From NCBI GenBank assembly GCA_032718475.1, contig JAUCBJ010007610.1, positions 1 to 48,678 on the forward strand: a DNA stretch of 48,678 nucleotides, read 5' to 3'. The translations under genes and the position numbers were made by a program. Of this stretch, positions 1 through 12,135 are shown one piece after another. The number at the start of each line of letters is the position of its first letter. Position 1 is the stretch's first letter. The notes under the pieces were generated by a model. That model was not told the DNA's origin. It searched no databases and saw nothing but the letters and a program-made list of their open reading frames with translations. The stretch comes from Nemertoderma westbladi. Taxonomy: Eukaryota; Animalia; Xenacoelomorpha.

Positions 1-1095
1 AAGTAGACGTGCTTGCTTAGGTTGGTGGGTGGGTGCAGTTAAGTAGGTGTGCTTAGGTGGGTGGGTGGGTGCGGTTAAGTCGATGTGCTTAGGAGGGTGG
101 GTGGCCGGGTGCGGTTAAGTAGGTGTGCTTAGGTGGGTGGATGGGTGCGGCTAAGTCGATATGCTTAGGTGGGTGGGTGGGTGCGGTTAAGTAGGTGTGC
201 TTAGGTGTGTGGGTGGGTGCGGTTAAGTCGATGTGCTTAGGTGGGTGCGGTTAACTAGGTGTGCTTAGGTAGGAGGTGGGTGCGGGTAAGTGTACGTGCT
301 TAGGTGGGTGGGTGGGTGGGTGTGGTTAAGTACACGTGCTTAGGTGGGTTGGTGGGTGGGTGCGGTTAAGTCGATGTGCTTAGGTGGATGCGGCTAACTA
401 GGTGTGCTTAGGTAGGCGGGTGGGTGCGGGTAAGTATACGTGCTTAGGTGGGTGGGTGGGTGCGGTTAAGTCGATGTGCTTAGGTGGGTGGGTGGGTGTT
501 TGCGGTTAAGTCGATGTGCTTACGTGGGTGCGGCTAACAAGGTGTGCTTAGGTAGGTGGGTGGGTGGGTGCGGGTAAGTATACGTGCTTAGGTGGGTGGG
601 TGAGTGCGGTTAAGTCGATGTGCTTAGGTGGGTGGGTGTTTGCGGTTAAGTAGACGTGCTTAGGTGTGTGGGTGGGTGCGGGTAAGTAGACGTGCTCAGG
701 TGTGTGGGTGGGTGTGGTTAAGTAGACGTGCTGAGGTGGGTGGGTGGGTGCGGTTAAGTCGATGTGCTTAGGTGGGTGCGGTTAACTAGGTGTGCTTAGG
801 TAGGTGGGTGGGTGTGGGTAAGAATACGTGCTTAGGTGGGTGGGTGCCGTTAAGTCGATGTGCTTAGGTGGATGGGTGCGGTTAAGTACACGTGCTTAGG
901 TGTGTGGGTGGGTGCGGTTAAGTAGACGTGTTTAGGTGGGTGGGTGGGTGCGGGTAAGTAGACGTGCTTAGGAGGGCGGGTGGGTGCGGTTAAGTAGGTG
1001 TGCTTAGGTGGGTGGGTGGGTGCGGTTAAGTAGGTGTGCTTATGTGGGTGGGTGGGTGGGTGTGGTTAACTAGACGTGGGTGGGGGGGGGGGGGG
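1..1095 (+). repeat. G-rich minisatellite, ~26-38-bp units GCGGTTAAGT-N4-GTGCTTAGGT(GGGT)n; also at ~2230-3372, ~4507-5650 and ~6461-8115
   Basis: Directly visible. The number of GGGT varies, as does the central 4-mer (agac, cgat, aggt, atac, acac). Each block ends in a poly-G run. Confidence 0.95.
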
Positions 1096-1394
1096 TAAGT
1101 TTAGCAACTGTTAAGTCGTATTACCACTTCTCAATAAGGTAGACAGCTGTATGTTTACAGTATAGAACGGTCGTAAAATAGAGGCGTCCCATTGGATGCT
1201 ATTTATAGATCCATACCCCTTTTCTTTCCCCCTCTTCCCCCTTTTCTTACGCGCTCTTACCCCCAGCACAGAGAAGATCTTCCCCCAGCTCGCGCGCGTA
1301 CTGCCACTAATATGTCTCTGTTAGTTGAAACAAAATTGGAACATAATTGAAACATATTAGGAGCCACGTAATGGTGTCCTACCTGCAATGCTAT

Positions 1395-1593
1395 GTATGC
1401 CAGTGAAACAAATTTGAAACAAATTAGGAGAGCCGTAATGATAGTCTACCGGAGAATTGGAACAATGATGGGCTACGGAGCTCAAAAAATTGGAACAATG
1501 TTAAGTATGCCAGTGAAACAAATTTGAAACAAATTAGGAGAGCCGTAATGATAGCCTACCGGAAGAATTGGAACAATGATGGGCTACGGAGCT
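1395..1593 (+). repeat. ~88-bp direct repeat (1395-1482 and 1505-1593) inside the 2.28-kb unit
   Basis: gtatgccagtgaaacaaatttgaaacaaattaggagagccgtaatg...gggctacggagct occurs twice with a period of 110 bp. Confidence 0.9.
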
Positions 1594-4500
1594 GCCTGGG
1601 TTGTTTGGCTGAACCAGTGGTGGCACGGATGAGGGGGTAAGAAAAGGGGGAAGGATCTAAAAATAGCACCCAATAGGAAGCTTCTAACTTCTTGCATTGC
1701 TACGGCTACCGGTACCTTGCTTGGCCTCTAGGCTGGCTCTGGCATAACCCTTATTTTCGTATGCGGATAAAGGTAATGTTTTAAAGATCTGGTGTGTAAA
1801 ACGCGTTTTTGTGCAGTGATGTTTACGATATTATAATTAAACTAACTGCACTAACTATCTCACATTTATTTAATAATATATGGTAAAAAAAAGCAACCAA
1901 CCTATCAATTACAATAATTTACAATAGTTATCGAATGTTCTAGGATGTAAATACTTAGCATTATTTTATAGGAAACGATTATAAAAAAAGGTTCTTGTAA
2001 AAAAGGTTTTGGCGAAAACTGTCCCTGCTTTCCGTTTTTGCAAATTTCTGGTACGGCATGATTGCTCCGAGAATGTTTGCCGTGTAGTCTGAATAAGGTA
2101 GAAAAGGTAGGGGTGGGTGTGTTTGTTAAGTTCGGGCGGTCGGTGCGGGTAAATAGGATGTGAGAGGGAGGGAGGGTGGTAGGGGTAGGTGAGTGCGGGT
2201 AATTAGGTGTGTAGGGGTAGGGGAGGTTGGGTGCGGTTAAGTAGACGTGCTTGCTTAGTTTGGTGTGTGGGTGCGGTTAAGTAGACGTGCTTGCTTAGGT
2301 TGGTGGGTGGGTGCAGTTAAGTAGGTGTGCTTAGGTGGGTGGGTGGGTGCGGTTAAGTCGATGTGCTTAGGAGGGTGGGTGGCCGGGTGCGGTTAAGTAG
2401 GTGTGCTTAGGTGGGTGGATGGGTGCGGCTAAGTCGATATGCTTAGGTGGGTGGGTGGGTGCGGTTAAGTAGGTGTGCTTAGGTGTGTGGGTGGGTGCGG
2501 TTAAGTCGATGTGCTTAGGTGGGTGCGGTTAACTAGGTGTGCTTAGGTAGGAGGTGGGTGCGGGTAAGTGTACGTGCTTAGGTGGGTGGGTGGGTGGGTG
2601 TGGTTAAGTACACGTGCTTAGGTGGGTTGGTGGGTGGGTGCGGTTAAGTCGATGTGCTTAGGTGGATGCGGCTAACTAGGTGTGCTTAGGTAGGCGGGTG
2701 GGTGCGGGTAAGTATACGTGCTTAGGTGGGTGGGTGGGTGCGGTTAAGTCGATGTGCTTAGGTGGGTGGGTGGGTGTTTGCGGTTAAGTCGATGTGCTTA
2801 CGTGGGTGCGGCTAACAAGGTGTGCTTAGGTAGGTGGGTGGGTGGGTGCGGGTAAGTATACGTGCTTAGGTGGGTGGGTGAGTGCGGTTAAGTCGATGTG
2901 CTTAGGTGGGTGGGTGTTTGCGGTTAAGTAGACGTGCTTAGGTGTGTGGGTGGGTGCGGGTAAGTAGACGTGCTCAGGTGTGTGGGTGGGTGTGGTTAAG
3001 TAGACGTGCTGAGGTGGGTGGGTGGGTGCGGTTAAGTCGATGTGCTTAGGTGGGTGCGGTTAACTAGGTGTGCTTAGGTAGGTGGGTGGGTGTGGGTAAG
3101 AATACGTGCTTAGGTGGGTGGGTGCCGTTAAGTCGATGTGCTTAGGTGGATGGGTGCGGTTAAGTACACGTGCTTAGGTGTGTGGGTGGGTGCGGTTAAG
3201 TAGACGTGTTTAGGTGGGTGGGTGGGTGCGGGTAAGTAGACGTGCTTAGGAGGGCGGGTGGGTGCGGTTAAGTAGGTGTGCTTAGGTGGGTGGGTGGGTG
3301 CGGTTAAGTAGGTGTGCTTATGTGGGTGGGTGGGTGGGTGTGGTTAACTAGACGTGGGTGGGGGGGGGGGGGTAAGTTTAGCAACTGTTAAGTCGTATTA
3401 CCACTTCTCAATAAGGTAGACAGCTGTATGTTTACAGTATAGAACGGTCGTAAAATAGAGGCGTCCCATTGGATGCTATTTATAGATCCATACCCCTTTT
3501 CTTTCCCCCTCTTCCCCCTTTTCTTACGCGCTCTTACCCCCAGCACAGAGAAGATCTTCCCCCAGCTCGCGCGCGTACTGCCACTAATATGTCTCTGTTA
3601 GTTGAAACAAAATTGGAACATAATTGAAACATATTAGGAGCCACGTAATGGTGTCCTACCTGCAATGCTATGTATGCCAGTGAAACAAATTTGAAACAAA
3701 TTAGGAGAGCCGTAATGATAGTCTACCGGAGAATTGGAACAATGATGGGCTACGGAGCTCAAAAAATTGGAACAATGTTAAGTATGCCAGTGAAACAAAT
3801 TTGAAACAAATTAGGAGAGCCGTAATGATAGCCTACCGGAAGAATTGGAACAATGATGGGCTACGGAGCTGCCTGGGTTGTTTGGCTGAACCAGTGGTGG
3901 CACGGATGAGGGGGTAAGAAAAGGGGGAAGGATCTAAAAATAGCACCCAATAGGAAGCTTCTAACTTCTTGCATTGCTATGGCTACCGGTACCTTGCTTG
4001 GCCTCTAGGCTGGCTCTGGCATAACCCTTATTTTCGTATGCGGATAAAGGTAATGTTTTAAAGATCTGGTGTGTAAAACGCGTTTTTGTGCAGTGATGTT
4101 TACGATATTATAATTAAACTAACTGCACTAACTATCTCACATTTATTTAATAATATATGGTAAAAAAAAGCAACCAACCTATCAATTACAATAATTTACA
4201 ATAGTTATCGAATGTTCTAGGATGTAAATACTTAGCATTATTTTATAGGAAACGATTATAAAAAAAGGTTCTTGTAAAAAAGGTTTTGGCGAAAACTGTC
4301 CCTGCTTTCCGTTTTTGCAAATTTCTGGTACGGCATGATTGCTCCGAGAATGTTTGCCGTGTAGTCTGAATAAGGTAGAAAAGGTAGGGGTGGGTGTGTT
4401 TGTTAAGTTCGGGCGGTCGGTGCGGGTAAATAGGATGTGAGAGGGAGGGAGGGTGGTAGGGGTAGGTGAGTGCGGGTAATTAGGTGTGTAGGGGTAGGGG

Positions 4501-6100
4501 AGGTTGGGTGCGGTTAAGTAGACGTGCTTGCTTAGTTTGGTGTGTGGGTGCGGTTAAGTAGACGTGCTTGCTTAGGTTGGTGGGTGGGTGCAGTTAAGTA
4601 GGTGTGCTTAGGTGGGTGGGTGGGTGCGGTTAAGTCGATGTGCTTAGGAGGGTGGGTGGCCGGGTGCGGTTAAGTAGGTGTGCTTAGGTGGGTGGATGGG
4701 TGCGGCTAAGTCGATATGCTTAGGTGGGTGGGTGGGTGCGGTTAAGTAGGTGTGCTTAGGTGTGTGGGTGGGTGCGGTTAAGTCGATGTGCTTAGGTGGG
4801 TGCGGTTAACTAGGTGTGCTTAGGTAGGAGGTGGGTGCGGGTAAGTGTACGTGCTTAGGTGGGTGGGTGGGTGGGTGTGGTTAAGTACACGTGCTTAGGT
4901 GGGTTGGTGGGTGGGTGCGGTTAAGTCGATGTGCTTAGGTGGATGCGGCTAACTAGGTGTGCTTAGGTAGGCGGGTGGGTGCGGGTAAGTATACGTGCTT
5001 AGGTGGGTGGGTGGGTGCGGTTAAGTCGATGTGCTTAGGTGGGTGGGTGGGTGTTTGCGGTTAAGTCGATGTGCTTACGTGGGTGCGGCTAACAAGGTGT
5101 GCTTAGGTAGGTGGGTGGGTGGGTGCGGGTAAGTATACGTGCTTAGGTGGGTGGGTGAGTGCGGTTAAGTCGATGTGCTTAGGTGGGTGGGTGTTTGCGG
5201 TTAAGTAGACGTGCTTAGGTGTGTGGGTGGGTGCGGGTAAGTAGACGTGCTCAGGTGTGTGGGTGGGTGTGGTTAAGTAGACGTGCTGAGGTGGGTGGGT
5301 GGGTGCGGTTAAGTCGATGTGCTTAGGTGGGTGCGGTTAACTAGGTGTGCTTAGGTAGGTGGGTGGGTGTGGGTAAGAATACGTGCTTAGGTGGGTGGGT
5401 GCCGTTAAGTCGATGTGCTTAGGTGGATGGGTGCGGTTAAGTACACGTGCTTAGGTGTGTGGGTGGGTGCGGTTAAGTAGACGTGTTTAGGTGGGTGGGT
5501 GGGTGCGGGTAAGTAGACGTGCTTAGGAGGGCGGGTGGGTGCGGTTAAGTAGGTGTGCTTAGGTGGGTGGGTGGGTGCGGTTAAGTAGGTGTGCTTATGT
5601 GGGTGGGTGGGTGGGTGTGGTTAACTAGACGTGGGTGGGGGGGGGGGGGGTAAGTTTAGCAACTGTTAAGTCGTATTACCACTTCTCAATAAGGTAGACA
5701 GCTGTATGTTTACAGTATAGAACGGTCGTAAAATAGAGGCGTCCCATTGGATGCTATTTATAGATCCATACCCCTTTTCTTTCCCCCTCTTCCCCCTTTT
5801 CTTACGCGCTCTTACCCCCAGCACAGAGAAGATCTTCCCCCAGCTCGCGCGCGTACTGCCACTAATATGTCTCTGTTAGTTGAAACAAAATTGGAACATA
5901 ATTGAAACATATTAGGAGCCACGTAATGGTGTCCTACCTGCAATGCTATGTATGCCAGTGAAACAAATTTGAAACAAATTAGGAGAGCCGTAATGATAGT
6001 CTACCGGAGAATTGGAACAATGATGGGCTACGGAGCTCAAAAAATTGGAACAATGTTAAGTATGCCAGTGAAACAAATTTGAAACAAATTAGGAGAGCCG

Positions 6101-8331
6101 TTAATAATATATGGTAAAAAAAGCAACTAACCTATCAATTACAATAATTTACAATAGTTATCGAATATTCTAGGATGTAAATACTTAGCATTATTTTATA
6201 GGAAACGATTATAAAAAAACGGTTCTTGTAAAAAAGGTTTTGGCGAAAACTGTCCCTGCTTTCCGTTTTTGCAAATTTCTGGTACGGCATGATTGCTCCG
6301 AGAATGTTTGCCGTGTAGTCTGAATAAGGTAGAAAAGGTAGGGGTGGGTGTGTTTGTTAAGTTCGGGCGGTCGGTGCGGGTAAATAGGATGTGAGAGGGA
6401 GGGAGGGTGGTAGGGGTAGGTGAGTGCGGGTAATTAGGTGTGTAGGGGTAGGGGAGGTTGGGTGCGGTTAAGTAGACGTGCTTGCTTAGTTTGGTGTGTG
6501 GGTGCGGTTAAGTAGACGTGCTTGCTTAGGTTGGTGGGTGGGTGCAGTTAAGTAGGTGTGCTTAGGTGGGTGGGTGGGTGCGGTTAAGTCGATGTGCTTA
6601 GGAGGGTGGGTGGCCGGGTGCGGTTAAGTAGGTGTGCTTAGGTGGGTGGATGGGTGCGGCTAAGTCGATATGCTTAGGTGGGTGGGTGGGTGCGGTTAAG
6701 TAGGTGTGCTTAGGTGTGTGGGTGGGTGCGGTTAAGTAGACGTGCTTAGGAGGGTGGGTGGGTGCGGTTGAGTAGGTGTGCTTAGGTGTGTGGGTGGGTG
6801 CGGTTAAGTCGATGTGCTTAGGTGGGTTGGTTGATTGTTTGCGGTTAAGTACACGTGCGGTTAAGTAGGTGTGCTTAGGTGGGTGGGTGGGTGCCGTTAA
6901 GTCGATGTGCTGAGGTGGGTGGGTGTGGTTAAGTAAACGTGCTTAGGTGGGTGGGTTGGTGTGGTTAAGTATACGTGTTTAGGTGGATGCGGTTAACTAT
7001 GTGTGCTTAGGTAGGAGGTGGGTGCGGGTAAGTATACGTGCTTAGGTGGGTGGGTGGGTTGGTGTGGTTAAGTACAAGTGCTTATGTGGGTTGGTGGGTG
7101 CGGTTAAGTCGATGTGCTTAGGTGGGTGCGGTTAACTAGGTGTGCTTAGGTAGGAGGTGGGTGCGGGTAAGTATACGTGCTTAGGTGGGTGGGTGGGTGG
7201 GTGTGGCTAAGTACACGTGCTTATGTGGGTGGGTGGGTGCGGTTAAGTCGATGTGCTTAGGTGGGTGCGGTTAACTAGGTGTGCTTAGGTAGGAGGTGGG
7301 TGCGGGTAAGTGTACGTGCTTAGGTGGGTGGGTGGGTGGGTGTGGTTAAGTACACGTGCTTAGGTGGGTTGGTGGGTGGGTGCGGTTAAGTCGATGTGCT
7401 TAGGTGGATGCGGCTAACTAGGTGTGCTTAGGTAGGCGGGTGGGTGCGGGTAAGTATACGTGCTTAGGTGGGTGGGTGGGTGCGGTTAAGTCGATGTGCT
7501 TAGGTGGGTGGGTGGGTGTTTGCGGTTAAGTCGATGTGCTTACGTGGGTGCGGCTAACAAGGTGTGCTTAGGTAGGTGGGTGGGTGGGTGCGGGTAAGTA
7601 TACGTGCTTAGGTGGGTGGGTGAGTGCGGTTAAGTCGATGTGCTTAGGTGGGTGGGTGTTTGCGGTTAAGTAGACGTGCTTAGGTGTGTGGGTGGGTGCG
7701 GGTAAGTAGACGTGCTCAGGTGTGTGGGTGGGTGTGGTTAAGTAGACGTGCTGAGGTGGGTGGGTGGGTGCGGTTAAGTCGATGTGCTTAGGTGGGTGCG
7801 GTTAACTAGGTGTGCTTAGGTAGGTGGGTGGGTGTGGGTAAGAATACGTGCTTAGGTGGGTGGGTGCCGTTAAGTCGATGTGCTTAGGTGGATGGGTGCG
7901 GTTAAGTACACGTGCTTAGGTGTGTGGGTGGGTGCGGTTAAGTAGACGTGTTTAGGTGGGTGGGTGGGTGCGGGTAAGTAGACGTGCTTAGGAGGGCGGG
8001 TGGGTGCGGTTAAGTAGGTGTGCTTAGGTGGGTGGGTGGGTGCGGTTAAGTAGGTGTGCTTATGTGGGTGGGTGGGTGGGTGTGGTTAACTAGACGTGGG
8101 TGGGGGGGGGGGGGGTAAGTTTAGCAACTGTTAAGTCGTATTACCACTTCTCAATAAGGTAGACAGCTGTATGTTTACAGTATAGAACGGTCGTAAAATA
8201 GAGGCGTCCCATTGGATGCTATTTATAGATCCATACCCCTTTTCTTTCCCCCTCTTCCCCCTTTTCTTACGCGCTCTTACCCCCAGCACAGAGAAGATCT
8301 TCCCCCAGCTCTTATAGTAAATGATCTCTCT
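6101..8331. mobile_element. Putative Maverick/Polinton-like terminal (TIR) region ending ...ATGATCTCTCT at 8331
   Basis: Only the last unit continues cccccagctc-ttatagtaaatgatctctct; the reverse complement reads 5'-AGAGAGATCATTTACTATAAGAG. This fits the 5'-AG...CT-3' termini with short terminal tandem repeats known for Polintons. No Polinton ORF or opposite TIR is in the window. Confidence 0.45.
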
Positions 8332-8825
8332 AGACATTCTCTACACACTATAGGTACTTGCCACATTCTGCAATCCTTGCTGCAGTCTGCTAACATTTAT
8401 ACTGTTTTATTATGTTATTCATTATTGTTTGGTAACATATTCAAGGGATGTTTATATTTGGAGAATACGTTAATTAATAGTCAACATTAATAACATTAAT
8501 AGATTTTGCTATTCTACTTTTTGGTAGAGCACGTTTATGTTCCGTAAGAACATTAATTTATTTCTTGATTTTGTTGTTCCATAGGGGCAACATAAATCTA
8601 CCCCAACGGTCGAGCGGTAATTGTAGGCCTAGTGGTACCGGTCTGGTACCGTATAGCAGTATTAATTCGATTGTGATCATTATATACCGGTAGGTCTTAG
8701 TAGTTAATTGGGGACTGCAGCCCTGGTTTCTATTGAGATTTTACTTATTTCTGTCAACTTTGTTTATCTGTAAGTGTAGTATTGAGCAGAACAAAGCACA
8801 AAAATAATAAAATAAAAAATATAAT

Positions 8826-9200
8826 TACATACGTCCAATGGGTACTAACGTACATACATACGTCTGATGAGTACACCTGTACTAACGTACATAATATTTA
8901 GGAGTAGATAGACACAATTATGTACGCTCGATGAGTACAAACGTACTAACATACATACAGTACATACATCTGATGAGTACACCTGTACTAATGTACATAA
9001 TTACATATGCACTAATGCCCGGTCAATGGGACCAATAATAGTACATGTACTGTATTTAGGATTAGAAAGGATACATAGTACCGCATGTAGGATTAGATGA
9101 GTACACATTACGTGCATCTGATGAGCACAATGTGCTAATGTACATAATAAGTACTAACGCCGGGTCAATGGGACCAATAATACTATATAATACGTACTAT
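8826..9200 (+). repeat. Degenerate short repeats containing (CT)GATGA-GTAC-loop-GTAC-TAAY hairpins and ggtcaatgggaccaataata
   Basis: Hairpin motif at 8864, 8928, 8970 and 9118. cggtcaatgggaccaataata-like motif at ~9020 and ~9162. Confidence 0.7.
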
Positions 9201-9929
9201 AGTGGGCACTGAGGGCGCCACGTGAGGAGTTGAGGGGGATATGTAGGCGTGGTAGAATAGACAGTGTAGGCCACATGATCTAGACTACTATAGCGCATAG
9301 CCCAGAGTGCAGACTTAGAGTATTGTTATTGTCTGGCTGTCTAGTGGAAAGTTAGTACAACAATAGGAAAATTGTAGCTAGTCTTCTCTGTAAACATACA
9401 ATAAGTGGTGATGAATTACTTATGAAGTAATTAGCTGACGAGGTGTTACTTAATAAGTAGCAAAGATGTATGGGTAAATAATTATAGCAAGGTGGAGAAA
9501 TCGTGGCAACTAATAGTTGAAAAATTCTAGAAACATAATTAAAAAGTAATGAACAAAATTGCAAAAATAGGGAAAATTGTCACGTAACCAGAAAATAATT
9601 GTACAAAAGGTAAATAAAGGTAAATACTGTAGAAGGTAGGCCATTGCTGATCTGACACTAATTGAAACTGAAATTAGTTATCTCTTGCCCTACTGAGCTT
9701 TTGCAAGGCACCACCAGTTTTGTGAGAGAGAGAAATCGGGATGGTGGAGAAGTTAGTCAAGAGAAGGAAGTCGGAGAAGAGTGAGAGTGAGCTGTTAGTC
9801 GATTTCACGCTGAAACAAGCATCCAGAGAATAAGACGAGGAAGTATTACAAACGACTTCCTAAGAGTCAGAAGGCTTACGCGTTACAAGATCAGTTTAGG
9901 GGTATGCACGAAAGGGGTCAAGGGGGTCG

Positions 9930-10340
9930 GGTAGAACTATATTGCTACATCTAGCGGCACCGAATGGAGATATTTTTATGTTCGACCCAGGGACCTATGG
10001 CAAGAAAGACAGACCGAAGTTGAATTGTCCACAGGATGCGGTGCAGACATTGGTGAGATCGAAGACTATGATCAAGATTGGATCGGCGATACGCTACGAC
10101 GACAAAAGCAGGAGGGACACTCAGTGGGACCGCCAGCGAAACGAGACCGTGAGATGATAACAGCCACACCCAAGGATCCAACAATGGGGATTGGCTGTGT
10201 CAGTGCGGATGAGTGCCCTAAAGAGCAAACAAGTGGAGAAGAAACGGTTGAGACAGGACGATGACAGGGGCAAGGATATGAGGTGGTTTCCAGAGGAAAC
10301 GGGAGGGAAACTTTAAGATTGATACCAGACTATATTGATA
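9930..10340 (+). pseudogene. Probable decayed DEDDy (RNase D/WRN-type) 3'-5' exonuclease fragment
   Basis: The translation LLHLAAPNGDIFMFD...PQDAVQTLVRSKTMIKIGSAIRYD resembles the LLQLA..x.LFD...P..L..LL....I.KVG..I..D (ExoII) segment. It is broken by stops and frameshifts, and ExoI/ExoIII are not clearly recoverable. Confidence 0.4.
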
Positions 10341-10619
10341 TGTCTGGAAGGCACTGCGAGGATTAAAACTAACTGATACTCAAGGCTCACACCTTTTTAT
10401 ATAAGTGTAAAATTAATGCATACCATACATATGTAATCAATCGAAAAGTGCAATACGTAGATCTATAATAAATACAACGTACGTACTATAGTCAGATATA
10501 ACCTCTTCCAATTAGCTACTGGGACTGGGGACTAAATGACTGAAACAGTAGGACAAGACAAAGGACCCACTTACCACATATGTGCGCACATGTGTGAGGT
10601 TGTGAGGGCCGACAGGAGT

Positions 10620-10676
10620 ATAGAGAGTGAGATAGAGGGTAGAGATAGAGATAGATCTAGGGATAGAGATAGAGGG
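10620..10676 (+). repeat. Imperfect (GATAGA)n microsatellite
   Basis: gagatagagggtagagatagagatagatctagggatagagatagagg. Confidence 0.7.
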
Positions 10677-11655
10677 TGCGATGATGAGGTGTGATGCGAT
10701 CGTCTAAATAGAGACGCCAGATGCCTTGGTAAAACTTAGCTCACAGATGTACCAAGGGTGGGTAGTGAGAGCAGACCCAGAGGGACCAGCCTGGAAAGCT
10801 GGCCCAAGAAAAGAATTCCACCCCACATCCGATACTAGATCGGATTCCAGCGGAATTGGAGCGCACTTGAGGATGATGCTATCTTCTCACCGGGAAGATA
10901 GCATGGGGGTGAGTGTTAGCGGATCCAATCTGCTGCACCACCCAACGAGAAATGGGGAAATCGTGATTTACGAATCATGATTAGATATGAAATATTTCCC
11001 AAGGCAATATTGCATACCGGAGGGAATAAGGCAATATAAACTGCCAGCTAGAGAGAGATGCCAATATATCTCAGGGGGAAGCCAACACAGGGCCAGGAAG
11101 ATAGGGAGTGGTCAGGGGAAGTAAACCAACCAATAGTGGGCGGTACACCATCAATTAGCGCGTATCTATTGGTAGGTCAATACAGTAAGCAATGAGTGTA
11201 ATCATCCATGCAATGTCCATATAACTGTTTGTTACTCAGTGTTAATTGTGATTCAGTTGGCTAGTATTCAGAGTAGAAGTTAAATGGTTTAAACCGTCGT
11301 CATTACTCATTACTGCTGTCATTGTACAATACTGATTGTGCTATATTACCGGTACTCATACATCTGAGATCATCAACAACAATAACTAAACTCTATCTTT
11401 GTTACACCGGCCTGTCAGCCTTTCAGCCCCTTAACAGCCTTTCAGTGACTAAGCGGACGCGGCGATGCGTATTTCCCATACAACTCGAAACACACACCGG
11501 TCAGGATCTCTTGCCAACTCGGATCCCGTCACATTTAAAGTGAAATTGCTCTCTAGGGTTTTTTCATATGCTCTTTCACATGAAACCAACGAAAACTCGA
11601 AAAACAATTTCTGAGTTGCCTACCTTAGATAATTTGTGCAATTTATAGTTAGGCC

Positions 11656-12044
11656 AAGTGCTGTTCAACTAGTTAAGTTAACATTTAAAAGAAAATAGTT
11701 GAATTTCAACTAAAATGTAACTAATTTGAGAAAGCTGAAAGCAGTTTCCCAGGAATGCAGGAATGAGGTTTGTTTGATTGATTGACAGGTTTTCTATGTC
11801 CCCTTGTCCTTTGAAAGTTCTGAACCATCTTGTCGACCCACTTTCTAATCAATAACAAATAATAACACCCATTATTGTTAAGTTAACATACATGTAGTGC
11901 TAATCATATGAAAATTATATTCAATATAGTTTGTGAGGTGTTGCGAACCAACCGTTGCTATGGTTACCTGAAATATTAAAATTTTGGTATTTAGTTATTT
12001 GGGTTTAGTTAATTTATCACTACAAAATTAGTTGAACAGCACTG
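11656..12044. mobile_element. Non-autonomous TIR element (MITE), hAT-like, ~390 bp
   Basis: Perfect 15-bp inverted repeat agtgctgttcaacta (11657-11671) / tagttgaacagcact (12029-12043), with a CAGTG-type right end. Flanks ttaggcc / gtaggcc look like a decayed ~8-bp TSD. Confidence 0.55.
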
Positions 12045-12135
12045 GTAGGCCCTCCGATAATTACTTGTTCAGCTAATAAGTTGTCGGAGATTATCTCTAC
12101 TGGGTCTCTACCAACAAAAGGCCCAATAATCGCGA

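Larger units (their letters stand above)
1..8311. repeat. Tandem macro-repeat, unit ~2278 bp, ~3.6 copies (begins before the window)
   Basis: aagtagacgtgcttgcttaggttgg recurs at 1, 2279, 4556 and 6510. The unique-looking block 1096-2100 recurs at ~3373-4378. The third copy has a ~325-bp deletion at 6100/6101, and the last copy has a minisatellite ~0.5 kb longer. Confidence 0.97.

Noticed and set aside
1-8115. Telomeric repeat (TTAGG occurs in nearly every minisatellite unit)
   Set aside because: TTAGG is never tandem. It is one motif in a ~30-bp unit, which is insufficient to call a telomere.
8131-11543. Short ORFs (8131, 8212, 9352, 9951, 10726, 11322) and small ORFs overlapping the TE genes
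   Set aside because: No recognisable domains; consistent with chance or shadow ORFs.
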